Positions 47,164-56,648 of a stretch of DNA of 64,000 nucleotides are shown here, one piece after another. The notes under the pieces were generated by a model. It had not been told where the DNA came from, searched no databases, and saw nothing but the letters and a program-made list of their open reading frames with translations. A program made the translations under genes and the position numbers. The number at the start of each line of letters is the position of its first letter. The first letter of the stretch is position 1. Source of the stretch: an uncultured Gammaproteobacteria bacterium (GTDB lineage: Bacteria; Patescibacteriota; Patescibacteriia; SBBC01; CAIJZX01); assembly GCA_964397195.1 (NCBI GenBank), contig CAYNGY010000001.1, forward strand, positions 134,586 through 198,585. Reading direction: 5' to 3'.

Positions 47164-47859
47164 ATGATTCCTCTCGACGCGTATCTCGATAAAGTCCGGG
47201 CCCTCCCACCGTTGATGAAAACCATCATTAATAATGATGCGCTGGGTGATGCGCTGGGTGAACTCGAGGATAAATACCTCTTGTCCGGGGAGCAGGCAAA
47301 AGCGTTACTACTCATTGAGTCCTCAATTATCGGTCAAGAATATGCGCCTGACCAGGTGTATGTGCACATCAAAGAGCTTTTAAAACTCAGCGACCCGATT
47401 GCCCAGCAATTAACCGTCGACTTTCTCGGGAAGATTGTCATGCCCATGCAGTGGTTTGTCGGAAATGTCGAGCAAATCATCCGCGGATTTGGCGGTGACC
47501 CGTCGTCGTTCGCGCACGACATGCAACGCCGATTCCCAGAATTGTCAGCCAGCCCAAGCGGAACGGATGGCAGCGTTCAACAAACGACCGCCGAAAAAAT
47601 CCTCGACCACTTCGCTGAGCATCTCGAAACATTTCCGGGGCGCGCAGAAATTTTATTGCGACTCACTGGCCTCAGCGCGACCGTTGAAGCTCTCGTCGGA
47701 CGACAACACATGAGTCACGAAGAGGGGGAACGAGCGCTCGCCGAGCTCGAGTCGATCAGTGCGGCCATTAATACCCGTGATTTGAACGCGTTTGAGGTCC
47801 AATCTGTTCAGCGCCGCGTAAAACGAATCGTTGATGCGGTGAGTGAGGCCGGCGAATGA
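47164..47859 (+). CDS. Hypothetical soluble protein (231 aa)
   Basis: Tightly packed in the operon, 5-nt gap. No recognisable motif. Confidence 0.65.
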   Translation: MIPLDAYLDKVRALPPLMKTIINNDALGDALGELEDKYLLSGEQAKALLLIESSIIGQEYAPDQVYVHIKELLKLSDPIAQQLTVDFLGKIVMPMQWFVGNVEQIIRGFGGDPSSFAHDMQRRFPELSASPSGTDGSVQQTTAEKILDHFAEHLETFPGRAEILLRLTGLSATVEALVGRQHMSHEEGERALAELESISAAINTRDLNAFEVQSVQRRVKRIVDAVSEAGE

Positions 47860-48152
47860 CCATTACCGTCCCGGCCGCTCGCGTTCACCCGCGTGTCGCC
47901 ATGCAACAGGTCGGCTATGTACCGTTTGGTGAAGGTCGGGGCAATGAGCTCTCGTTTATTCGCCGACTGGGATCACAGTTCTATCCGCGATTTCATATTT
48001 ACCTGACGCCATCCGCCGCGCAGTGGCGTCTGACGCTTCATCTTGACCAAAAGCAGGCTTCCTACCAAGGGAGTCACGCCCATAGCGGCGAGTATGATGG
48101 GGAGTTAGTTTTGGCCGAGGGTCAGCGTATCCGAGGCCTGTTCGGCGTCTAG
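47856..48152 (+). CDS. Hypothetical protein (98 aa)
   Basis: 4-nt overlap with the upstream gene, consistent with translational coupling. No recognisable motif. Confidence 0.5.
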   Translation: MTITVPAARVHPRVAMQQVGYVPFGEGRGNELSFIRRLGSQFYPRFHIYLTPSAAQWRLTLHLDQKQASYQGSHAHSGEYDGELVLAEGQRIRGLFGV

Positions 48153-48193
48153 TTATTCACAGGGGGTAATGATTTTGTTTTTGGGCGGATTTA

Positions 48194-48202
48194 TGATATA
48201 AT
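48194..48202 (+). promoter_or_regulatory. Extended -10 promoter element (TGaTATAAT) in the only sizeable gap (72 nt) of the gene train; a candidate internal promoter for the T4SS-like sub-operon
   Basis: tgatataat at 48194-48202. An AGAGGA Shine-Dalgarno sequence precedes the ATG at 48225. Confidence 0.45.
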
Positions 48203-48224
48203 CACGGCCTCAAAACAAAGAGGA

Positions 48225-49706
48225 ATGGAAGATATTTGGCAACAATTTCATCGACTCCCGAAGGTGATTCGGGATGCAGTAGCCTCTCCTGAGGCGCTGA
48301 CTGCGATTAATCGGATAGAAGCAGCTCACCCAGGCCTCGATTTGGCCGGTTTTGTGATGCGGGTAATGGTTCGTGAGCTGTCGGTCGAGCATCTTCCCGC
48401 AGAACTGATGAAGGCGGGAAATCTTGATGAATCCGCCGCGAAAGACGTAGTCGAAGATTTGACCGTAACGGTGTTCCGTACCGTTAGTGAATACCTAGGT
48501 CTCGCACCGGTAAAACCAGCTAGCGCCACGGCAGTCACTCCGAAGGCCACTCCGCCTATCACGACCCCGGTGACCGAAAACCCGCCGACCATGACACCAC
48601 GTGTTGCCCCTGCTCCGCCGAATGTCCCACTGGCCTCGCCGTCTCCCGTCCAAGCTGCGCCATCGTCGCCGCTAGCCCAGCCGAATGTACCCATCGGCAA
48701 CATCTCCCCGGCGCCAACACTTTCGACCGAGGATGACGCCGAAATTGCCGCGCATTCCGAAAAACTCCGCGCCATGACGTCCGCCGTCGGGCCGGCTGAT
48801 TTTGATACCATCGCCCAGTCCATTCTTGACCAGCACCATCTCGCCTTCCAAGATGACTTGTTGACCAAGCGCGCCGTTGCGGTAATCAAAGCCCGATTGA
48901 AGGGAATCCGCTCGAATGACGACACGAAAGCCATGCTGATGCGACCTCCGAAAGTCGGCGGTCTCGGTCTTGATGGAGACATCGTGACCGCTGTCATGCG
49001 CACAATTGAAGATCAAGCCTCACACGCTCATGCGCAGGGCATGACAGCCCGACCGGCCGCACCGGTTCCGCCGCCCCCACCACGAGTCCCGGCCCCGCAA
49101 ACACAAGTCCCGGCCGCAATCCCACCGTTGACCCGTGATTTTTCGACCATGAAACCCGATCAGCCGAGCGCTTCGGTAACAGAACAGCCGCGGGCGAGCC
49201 GACCAATCATTCGCCCGGTCGATATTCCGCCGCCACCAGCCATGCCAACCGCCGCGCCGGCCACCCCGGCTAAGCCGAAAGCCGTGCCAATCCCGGTTGC
49301 TGTTCCGACGCCAGCTCCAGCGGTCCAACGAGCTCGCGGCTCAGATCGTCCGTCTGTGTCGGATATCACCCTCCCGACGACCACGCTCGGACCGGCGGAA
49401 GAGATGCAGAGCTTCACCCTAGCGCAATTTCGACGTCTCGGGCAAGGTGCGGCCGAATCGGCAAAAAAGATACTGGATAAATTAAAGCATTTAGAAGAAG
49501 AATCTTTTTCGCTCTGGGCCGAAGCGGTCGCTGGATGGCGTCAGAGCGAGGTGTATTCCCTCTACCTTGATATGGGACGCCAGTGTCTCGATCAGAATAT
49601 TTCCATCGATCAGGTTATCCAGCGTCGCGCGAGCGCCGGTCAACTCTATCTATCAGAACATGAGTTCAATGTGCTCGCCGACATGAATCGTCAGCTCCAA
49701 CTCTAG
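48225..49706 (+). CDS. Pro/Ala-rich hypothetical protein (493 aa)
   Basis: A central PPITTPVTENPPTMTPRVAPAPPNVPLASPSPVQAAP... low-complexity region between ordered N- and C-terminal segments. A VirB10/TrbI-like role is only speculation. Confidence 0.7.
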   Translation: MEDIWQQFHRLPKVIRDAVASPEALTAINRIEAAHPGLDLAGFVMRVMVRELSVEHLPAELMKAGNLDESAAKDVVEDLTVTVFRTVSEYLGLAPVKPASATAVTPKATPPITTPVTENPPTMTPRVAPAPPNVPLASPSPVQAAPSSPLAQPNVPIGNISPAPTLSTEDDAEIAAHSEKLRAMTSAVGPADFDTIAQSILDQHHLAFQDDLLTKRAVAVIKARLKGIRSNDDTKAMLMRPPKVGGLGLDGDIVTAVMRTIEDQASHAHAQGMTARPAAPVPPPPPRVPAPQTQVPAAIPPLTRDFSTMKPDQPSASVTEQPRASRPIIRPVDIPPPPAMPTAAPATPAKPKAVPIPVAVPTPAPAVQRARGSDRPSVSDITLPTTTLGPAEEMQSFTLAQFRRLGQGAAESAKKILDKLKHLEEESFSLWAEAVAGWRQSEVYSLYLDMGRQCLDQNISIDQVIQRRASAGQLYLSEHEFNVLADMNRQLQL

Positions 49707-49707
49707 T

Positions 49708-50220
49708 ATGGCCACCCAGTTTACTGTTCCACAATTCACGAATGAGCCGGATAAGATCATCGGTCCGATCGTTGTTCGGCAATTCATCATCCTGCTCGTC
49801 GGTGCCGGGCTGGTGGTTGGGGCCTATCAGCTTTTTTATCGACTGATAAACTCGTCGGTTGGGTTTCTTTTCTCGGCGGTAATCATTTTAAGTCTGACGG
49901 CGGCTTTCGCCTTCATTCGAGTTAACGGTCGCCCGTTTCATCTTTTTATCTTGAATGTGATTGAGTCGTTACGCGTGCCGTCGATGCGTCTCTGGAACAA
50001 CATGGCAGCCGAGCGAATTCAGTACCGCCGTGAACCGCCGCCGCCGGCTCCGCCGCCGACAAAAGCCCCGCTCGTGCAAACGAATTTGGCCCGCCTAGCT
50101 ATGTTAGTGGATACCGGCGGAGCGTTCCACGAAGATGAGGATATCCTCTACTGGGGTGAGACATTACCGAAAGCTACTCGCCAAGCCGAGGTGCTTACCA
50201 ATCAGGTTGATCGCGAATAA
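49708..50220 (+). CDS. PrgI/VirB3-like small two-TM membrane protein
   Basis: 170 aa. Two adjacent hydrophobic helices (IVVRQFIILLVGAGLVVGAY / VGFLFSAVIILSLTAAFAFI). It sits immediately upstream of the VirB4 gene, as in Gram-positive T4SS. Confidence 0.55.
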   Translation: MATQFTVPQFTNEPDKIIGPIVVRQFIILLVGAGLVVGAYQLFYRLINSSVGFLFSAVIILSLTAAFAFIRVNGRPFHLFILNVIESLRVPSMRLWNNMAAERIQYRREPPPPAPPPTKAPLVQTNLARLAMLVDTGGAFHEDEDILYWGETLPKATRQAEVLTNQVDRE

Positions 50221-50226
50221 TTCCGT

Positions 50227-50952
50227 ATGGCCACACCGTCACAAAAAACGCCCCCACGACCGAAAAAAGTTGCGCCTTCAACGCAGCAGTATTTGGATAT
50301 CATGGAAATTCGCGACGATGCTGTAGTGATGAAGAACGGCGGATTAGTAGCGGTGCTCCTCGTGTCGTCAATCAATTTCTCGCTCAAATCAGAAGAAGAA
50401 CAAGAAGCGGTGATTGGGGCGTACGTCTCGTTCCTGAATACCATCGATTTTCCGCTTCAAATCGTCATCCAGTCCCGTCGCCTCGATATTGATGCCTATC
50501 TTGAAGTCCTCAAAGGTGTCGAGAAACAACAAACGAACGAACTGCTCAAGACGCAGACACAGGATTATCGTCGCTTTGTGAACGAGCTCGTGCAGATGAA
50601 CGCGATTATGTCGAAGCGTTTCTATGTGGTCATTCCTTTTTCACCAAAAGTAGATCGTCCGGGCAAATTCTTTAGCCGCCTGCTCGATGCCTTTGCGCCG
50701 ACGGAAACTATTCATTTGAAACAGAAGCAGTTTGAAAAATACCGCCTTGAATTATTTAAGCGGGTCGATAACGTCATGAACGCGCTATCGGCGGCCGGAC
50801 TCCAGTCACAGCCCTTACGGACGCAGGAACTGATCGAGCTGTACTACAATTCCTATAATCCCGAAACTGCCCGTCAAGAAAAACTCGACGACGTCCGAAA
50901 ATTGTCTTTAGAGGAAGTGTCATCTATCAAGCCCGACAATGCCCGAAGTTAA
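50227..50952 (+). CDS. VirB4/TrsE N-terminal domain encoded as a separate ORF
   Basis: YLDIMEIRDDAVVMKNGGLVAVLLVSSINFSLKSEEEQEAVIGAYVSFLNTIDFPLQIVIQ resembles the N-terminal (CagE/TrbE) region of VirB4. Its stop overlaps the ATG of the ATPase ORF by 14 nt, a +1 frame change. Confidence 0.6.
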   Translation: MATPSQKTPPRPKKVAPSTQQYLDIMEIRDDAVVMKNGGLVAVLLVSSINFSLKSEEEQEAVIGAYVSFLNTIDFPLQIVIQSRRLDIDAYLEVLKGVEKQQTNELLKTQTQDYRRFVNELVQMNAIMSKRFYVVIPFSPKVDRPGKFFSRLLDAFAPTETIHLKQKQFEKYRLELFKRVDNVMNALSAAGLQSQPLRTQELIELYYNSYNPETARQEKLDDVRKLSLEEVSSIKPDNARS

Positions 50953-52861
50953 TCTCTTCCGCCCAAACGAATTCCGTAGCGCCCCCCAAGCGAGTGGTGG
51001 TGGCACGACCCCAAAACTCCCCGAGGACGAGCGGGAGCTCCTTGAGGCTGAGCGCATCTACCGCCAAGGCGTCGTTCGAGAACTCGATCTTATCGCCCCG
51101 GCCGCCTTTAAGGTTGACCCGAGATTTCTGATGCTCAACGGTCGCTACGTTCGGACGCTCTTCGTTATTTCCTATCCGCGATACATCTCCGTTGGCTGGT
51201 TCGCGCCAATCATTAATTATAGCGCTCCGTTAGATGTCTCGATGTTCTTCTACCCGATTCCCTCGGACATCATCCTGAGGCAGTTAAAAAATAAGGTCGG
51301 CGCCCTCGAAGCCCAGCTGATTACTGACCAGGAAAAAGGCGCCCCGCGTGATCCGATGCGTGAAACAGCGCTTCGTGATATCGAAAAACTCCGCGACGAT
51401 TTAACGCAGGGGACCGAGAAGTATTTCCAGTTCGCCCTTTATGTTTCCTTTTACGCGGATTCGCTCAAAGAACTGGACGAACTGACAAACCGTATGGAGG
51501 CCCTCTTCGGCTCTCGTCTCGTGTACTCAAAGCGCTCCTTTTTCCAGTCCGAGCAGGGATTCACCTCAACCATGCCGCTTGGCCTTGATCGGCTTCAGGT
51601 CGCGTTCAACATGAACTCGTCCCCAATCGCCTCAAGTTTTCCGTTTATGTCGGCGGACCTGTCGAGTGATAATGGGATTTTGTACGGTATCAACCGTCAT
51701 AATAACTCGCTTATTCTCTTCGACCGTTTCTCCCTGCCAAACCCAAACTATACCGTCTTCGCTACCGCCGGTGCCGGTAAGTCATTCGCCGTCAAGTTAG
51801 AAATTATTCGGTCGATGATGTTCGGGACTGATATTATCGTCGTCGATCCGGAGCATGAATATAAATATCTATCTGATGCGGTCGGCGGGACGTATATTAA
51901 TATCTCCCTGAACTCCGATACGAAGATTAATCCCTTTGATCTCCCGCGCGGGATTGGCGGCGATGAAACCCCGGCCGATATTATTCGGTCCGCGGTTATT
52001 ACGCTCAAGTCCATGTTGCGCCTGATGCTGGGCGACGTGACTCATGAGGAAGATTCTATCCTCGATCGGGCGCTCCTCGAAACCTACGCCAAGAAAGATA
52101 TTACGCCGGATGCGGACTTAGCGAATATCGAGCCGCCCGTCATGTCAGATTTTCAAGAAGTATTGAGCGGTATGACCGGCGCCGAGAGTCTAGCGGAACG
52201 GTTGAAAAAATATACCGAAGGTACGTTCTCGGGGCTTTTTAACAGTCGGACGAACATTGAGCTGAACAATCAACTCGTCGTCTTCTCGGTCCGCGATCTT
52301 GAGGATGAACTTCGCCCAATCGGGATTTCGATTATTATTTCTTATATTTGGAATATCGCTCGTTCGCAGCTCAAGCGCCGCATTCTCGTCATTGATGAAG
52401 CGTGGTGGTTAATGCAACATGAAGACTCGGCAAAATTCGTTTACGGCCTCGTAAAACGATCGCGGAAATATTATCTGGGCGTTACGACGATTACCCAAGA
52501 CGTGAATGATTTCTTGCTCAGTCCATATGGTCAGGCCATCATCAATAACTCAGCACTTCGGCTGCTGATGAAACAATCGCCGGCGGCGATTGAGATTGTT
52601 ACCAAAACCTTCCTCCTGACCCAACAAGAACGGTATTTGTTACTTGAGGCGGGCGTCGGCGAGGGAATCTTCTTCGCCGGTACAAAACATGCCTACATGC
52701 AAGTCGTCGCCTCGCCGACAGAAAATCAGATCGTCACGACGAATCCAGAAGAGGTACTTCGCTTGGAAGAAGCGAAGCGCGAATTTGAAGACTCAATTGC
52801 CTCTGGGACGGCGACGAATGCCGGAGCGGCCGTCACCAACCCCGAAGATTTAACATCATAA
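50939..52861 (+). CDS. VirB4/TraC/TrsE-family type IV secretion ATPase (C-terminal ATPase portion)
   Basis: Walker A FATAGAGKSFAVK at about 51.77 kb, Walker B ILVIDEAWWLM at about 52.39 kb, and characteristic YISVGWF..., LDRLQVAFNMNS and GVTTITQD blocks. Confidence 0.9.
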   Translation: MPEVNLFRPNEFRSAPQASGGGTTPKLPEDERELLEAERIYRQGVVRELDLIAPAAFKVDPRFLMLNGRYVRTLFVISYPRYISVGWFAPIINYSAPLDVSMFFYPIPSDIILRQLKNKVGALEAQLITDQEKGAPRDPMRETALRDIEKLRDDLTQGTEKYFQFALYVSFYADSLKELDELTNRMEALFGSRLVYSKRSFFQSEQGFTSTMPLGLDRLQVAFNMNSSPIASSFPFMSADLSSDNGILYGINRHNNSLILFDRFSLPNPNYTVFATAGAGKSFAVKLEIIRSMMFGTDIIVVDPEHEYKYLSDAVGGTYINISLNSDTKINPFDLPRGIGGDETPADIIRSAVITLKSMLRLMLGDVTHEEDSILDRALLETYAKKDITPDADLANIEPPVMSDFQEVLSGMTGAESLAERLKKYTEGTFSGLFNSRTNIELNNQLVVFSVRDLEDELRPIGISIIISYIWNIARSQLKRRILVIDEAWWLMQHEDSAKFVYGLVKRSRKYYLGVTTITQDVNDFLLSPYGQAIINNSALRLLMKQSPAAIEIVTKTFLLTQQERYLLLEAGVGEGIFFAGTKHAYMQVVASPTENQIVTTNPEEVLRLEEAKREFEDSIASGTATNAGAAVTNPEDLTS

Positions 52862-52864
52862 CTC

Positions 52865-53419
52865 GTGCGTCGGTATCTCCTCATCTCCATCATCGGACTT
52901 CTCGCCATCGTCATTATCGGCGGCGGCGTCATACTGTTGGTTGACCGGACGCCCGCTCTACAAAATGCGATCAATGGGGAAAAAAATAATTCGATCATCA
53001 ATACCGCGATTGTGACAAACACGGCGAATACGAACACGAAGCCGAACACGGACAAAGCCGATGTGCTTCTTGTCGCCCGGGTTTTTACGGAACGGTACGG
53101 AACCGGATCGAGTGACGACGCGTTTGCCGGGTACCTGGCAGCCGTACCATATGCCACGACCGCGCTCGGTAATCAACTTGAGGCGAATGTTCGGGCGCAG
53201 AAACCAGCCACCGATGTCAATTATCGAGGTTTCGTAACGCACGTCGTGTCCTTAACGATCGATCAAGCGTCGTCCACGGTCGCCACCGTTCGAGTCGGAA
53301 CCCAGCGTACCGAGACAATTGCCACGACGGCCAAACAATATAATCAATCCATCACGCTGCTGGTAGTGAAGGAGTCAACCGGGTGGAAGGTCTCCTCCGC
53401 GCAGTGGCAGGCGCTCTAA
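52865..53419 (+). CDS. Membrane-anchored periplasmic protein, VirB8-like / NTF2-like fold candidate
   Basis: N-terminal TM (LLISIIGLLAIVIIGGGVILLV) followed by a roughly 150-aa domain with an alternating beta-strand pattern (VVSLTIDQASSTVATVRVGTQRTETIATTAKQYNQSITLLVVKESTGWKV). Confidence 0.5.
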   Translation: MRRYLLISIIGLLAIVIIGGGVILLVDRTPALQNAINGEKNNSIINTAIVTNTANTNTKPNTDKADVLLVARVFTERYGTGSSDDAFAGYLAAVPYATTALGNQLEANVRAQKPATDVNYRGFVTHVVSLTIDQASSTVATVRVGTQRTETIATTAKQYNQSITLLVVKESTGWKVSSAQWQAL

Positions 53420-53420
53420 T

Positions 53421-54263
53421 ATGGCCGATGCTATGTCAGTCACAATGACGCCAGAAGAACGCGCGAACAGTGCGGCCTGGGCCAAGGCGCGATTGCAGCA
53501 ACTGAAATCAACGCGTCGTGGTGCGGCGCGTACGGAATATGCCAGTGCCCTGAACGCCGACACGGCGGCGGGTCGTGATGCCTACCAGCGTAACGTCGGG
53601 ACGCCAATGCAGTCGGGGATTAATCGACAACTTAACCGGCTCCCGTCGTCAGTACGAAGCGTGGTCCAACCGTTTGCCGATCAGTATCTGCAAGCCCAAG
53701 AAAATTTGAATGATCGCCGATTGCGTGTTGGGGCGGCTACCCAAGCGTTGATGGCGAACGGCGAGCTGGCTCAAACGGCGGCCGCCCGATCGGCCCGCGC
53801 CGCGACACTCCGCGGCCTACGGAAGGCCGCTCGAGGTGAGGCTAGTCCTACTGAGGCGGAGAATGAAGCCCTAGCGAGTATTCAGCCCTTGGCCGAACAG
53901 GCGTGGGCCCGTTTGTGGGACATTCTTCAGTCGACCTTAGCCGCGCTGGGCACGGCATTTTGGGGGGTACTATCGACGGTCACACTCGTCCCAGTAGTCG
54001 CTGTCTTTTTTGCCAGACTCCTTGGTCGCATGTCATTCCGTATCGGTTTTCGGGGCGCTAAAGTCCATTTCGTGTCACCATATTCCGGTGCGGGGATGAT
54101 GACCCATGTGGTCAGCCTCCTGATGAATGTCGGCTGGGCTATCATATGGCTATCGGTCATGATTTTCCTGGTCTATCTCTATATTGAAGCCCAAGACAAA
54201 GTGTGTTGGGCGAGTTGGGTTGTCAATTTTTTCCGCGCTGGTTTTTGTCCATCCTCATCATGA
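53421..54263 (+). CDS. Hypothetical membrane protein (280 aa) with a C-terminal multi-TM region
   Basis: Soluble Ala/Arg-rich N-terminal half, then the hydrophobic helices LAALGTAFWGVLSTVTLVPVVAVFF and WAIIWLSVMIFLVYLYI. Confidence 0.65.
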   Translation: MADAMSVTMTPEERANSAAWAKARLQQLKSTRRGAARTEYASALNADTAAGRDAYQRNVGTPMQSGINRQLNRLPSSVRSVVQPFADQYLQAQENLNDRRLRVGAATQALMANGELAQTAAARSARAATLRGLRKAARGEASPTEAENEALASIQPLAEQAWARLWDILQSTLAALGTAFWGVLSTVTLVPVVAVFFARLLGRMSFRIGFRGAKVHFVSPYSGAGMMTHVVSLLMNVGWAIIWLSVMIFLVYLYIEAQDKVCWASWVVNFFRAGFCPSSS

Positions 54264-55399
54264 TACAGAAGGTGTTTCTACCGCTGGTTGTTGGACTTAC
54301 CCTGATCGGGGCATCGTTTGTATTTGTGCCTAGCCCGGTGCATGCGGTCGATGTCACCAAAGAAAAGCAGTACTTTATCCCTGACATCATCCTGCCGGGA
54401 CAGTTTGAGCGCGTGGAGATCGATAGTAGCCTGATGTCGAAGTACTTCCGGGCACTGTACGTCTACATGGTCTACATCGTCAGCATTATTGCGGTGGTGA
54501 TGATTATCTATGGTGGTTTGAAATGGGTCGCGGCGGCCGGAAATTCCGCCCAAATTAATGATGCGAAAGACGTGATAACTAATGCGGTTATCGCTATCGT
54601 GATCGGCCTGACCTCATATGTTTTGCTGTACGTCATCAATCCAAAACTCCTAAATCTGTCCTTACCACTCGGCGACACCGTCACCCAACACGCTCTCGGC
54701 ACACTCTGGAATGAGCAATTGGGCTGTTTTGAACAGTTAAGCTGTCCGCCGGGGTCAACACAAGTTCTTGGAGCAACGTGTGGGAGCAACTACACGACCG
54801 TAAATCCGGGTGAAAATGCCTGTACAGCGGCGGCTGCCGGCGGGAAAGGGATTTGTTGTCAGGCGGGTGATAAGTGTTATCGGTACTCTGCCTACGATGG
54901 GTCGCTTACCTCGAAGCTGCCGTATACCTGTAGTGCGGTCGATTCCGGCGATGAGTCGAAACGCCCATATTGTAAAGACGCGACGCCGTGTGGGACAACG
55001 ACGAAAGACTGCAGTGGTCTGACCTGTGGCGGTGGAAACAGTTGCTTGCTCATGTTTGTGAAGGAGCCGGACGGGTACAAAAACCGCTCCAAGTGTGTGA
55101 CCAGCAATGGCCTAGTAACCGAGAATGCCCTCAGCTGTGCCTCGGCATTATCCGGTGTCGATACGAAATTCACGATTCAGACCGATGCGAATCGAAACTG
55201 TGGGTGGGCGGCAAAAGGGGAAAGGTATTTGCACGCCGGGACCGATCCGCGTACCTGTTCAGCCGATCAAGTGTGTGTCATCATCCCGCCGAATATCTAT
55301 ACATCGGCCGAAGGAAAGGACATGTGTGTCTATCGTCAAACCGATGCGCAAGGGCTTGTCTATGACCCGATGCCATCCAAATGCATAACTATCCGCTAA
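54260..55399 (+). CDS. Pilin-like (TrbC/VirB2-like) two-helix module fused to a C-terminal disulfide-rich domain of about 230 aa (24 Cys)
   Basis: Start set at Met 54260 (MIQKVFLPLVVGLTLIGASFVFVPSPVHA signal). The module YMVYIVSIIAVVMIIYGGLKWVAAAGNSAQINDAKDVITNAVIAIVIGLTSYVLLYVINPKLLNL is shared with two paralogs. Confidence 0.7.
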   Translation: MIQKVFLPLVVGLTLIGASFVFVPSPVHAVDVTKEKQYFIPDIILPGQFERVEIDSSLMSKYFRALYVYMVYIVSIIAVVMIIYGGLKWVAAAGNSAQINDAKDVITNAVIAIVIGLTSYVLLYVINPKLLNLSLPLGDTVTQHALGTLWNEQLGCFEQLSCPPGSTQVLGATCGSNYTTVNPGENACTAAAAGGKGICCQAGDKCYRYSAYDGSLTSKLPYTCSAVDSGDESKRPYCKDATPCGTTTKDCSGLTCGGGNSCLLMFVKEPDGYKNRSKCVTSNGLVTENALSCASALSGVDTKFTIQTDANRNCGWAAKGERYLHAGTDPRTCSADQVCVIIPPNIYTSAEGKDMCVYRQTDAQGLVYDPMPSKCITIR

Positions 55400-55403
55400 G
55401 TGT

Positions 55404-56648
55404 ATGAATGAACGTCTCAAGCGCGCGTTGATCATCACTGGGTTTGTTTTAGTTGTCATTGGGATGTTCGTGGTGATTTATTTTGTGTTCTTTCGTTCCA
55501 CTGACCAACTGAACGGAAACACGAACCAGCCGGGCAATATCAATGGTCTGCCGAACGCGAACAACGGAAACCGTAATGCCTCGACAGGTAGTAATGTAAA
55601 CAGTCTGCCAGTCACAAATACCTCGGCGTCTGGCCCGAGTAAATATGCTGATGGAGGCGCGACCTTGGTTGAAACGGTCGTCAACACGCCGGTCGCCGGT
55701 CAAACCGTCAGCAACACCGGGAGTTTACAATACTACGATCGCCAAACCGGAAAGTTCTTCCAAGTTTCCGCCGATGGGATGTCAACCAAGGTGATGACGG
55801 ATGCGATCTACAAGGATCTCGATACTGTCACCTGGGATCCATCCGGCACGAAAGCCATCCTCCAATTTCCGGACGGGTCGAAGGTTCTCTATAACTTCGC
55901 CACCAAGAAACAGTCGACCCTACCGCGGGAACTCGATAATTTCTCATTCTCACCAACGGGCAGCCAAATTGTTTCGAAATATCTTGATGCCAAACATCTC
56001 GACAACCAGTGGCTGATGGTTTCAAACCCGGATGGCACCGGTTCACAATCAGTTGAACAACTCGCCGAGAATGCCGATAAGGTCATTGCTGCGTGGTCAC
56101 CCAACAATGCGGTGGTTGGCACCTACGAACGATCGTCGACGAGTAGTTCATCCGATATTATTTTCCTCGGGAAAAACAATGAAAATTACCCACTCGTCAC
56201 AGTTGACGGGAAAGGTTTTACGCCAAACTGGTCACCGGATGGATCGAAGATTCTCTATAGCGTCTACAGCGACGACACAAACAACGCCGCTCACCTCTAT
56301 ATTATGAATGGCGATGTTAACACCTTAGGGCAAAATATCATCGATCTCAATCTGAACACGAGCGCCAATAAATGTGCGTTCTCGCAGGACAATTACACTA
56401 TCTACTGCGCTGTTCCGTACTACACGGTGGAGAACTCGGGACCGATACCTTCGCTCGGGTATAGTGTTCCGGACAATCTCTATGCCATTGATATGCTCCG
56501 TGGGACGACGACCCTTCTCGCCCGGCCGGTGGATGAGCACAGTCTCCAGCAGTATTCGGTCGGGAGCATTCGACTCTCCGGTGATGAGTCGGCTATATAC
56601 TTTACGGACGCTAATACCGGCAAGCTTCATCGGATCTTGCTCCCATGA
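55404..56648 (+). CDS. Membrane-anchored TolB-like (PD40/WD40-like beta-propeller) protein
   Basis: N-terminal TM (ALIITGFVLVVIGMFVVIYFVFF). Repeated PD40-like blades WDPSGTKAILQFPDGS, FSPTGSQIVSKYLD, WSPNNAVVG and WSPDGSKILYS. Confidence 0.75.
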   Translation: MNERLKRALIITGFVLVVIGMFVVIYFVFFRSTDQLNGNTNQPGNINGLPNANNGNRNASTGSNVNSLPVTNTSASGPSKYADGGATLVETVVNTPVAGQTVSNTGSLQYYDRQTGKFFQVSADGMSTKVMTDAIYKDLDTVTWDPSGTKAILQFPDGSKVLYNFATKKQSTLPRELDNFSFSPTGSQIVSKYLDAKHLDNQWLMVSNPDGTGSQSVEQLAENADKVIAAWSPNNAVVGTYERSSTSSSSDIIFLGKNNENYPLVTVDGKGFTPNWSPDGSKILYSVYSDDTNNAAHLYIMNGDVNTLGQNIIDLNLNTSANKCAFSQDNYTIYCAVPYYTVENSGPIPSLGYSVPDNLYAIDMLRGTTTLLARPVDEHSLQQYSVGSIRLSGDESAIYFTDANTGKLHRILLP

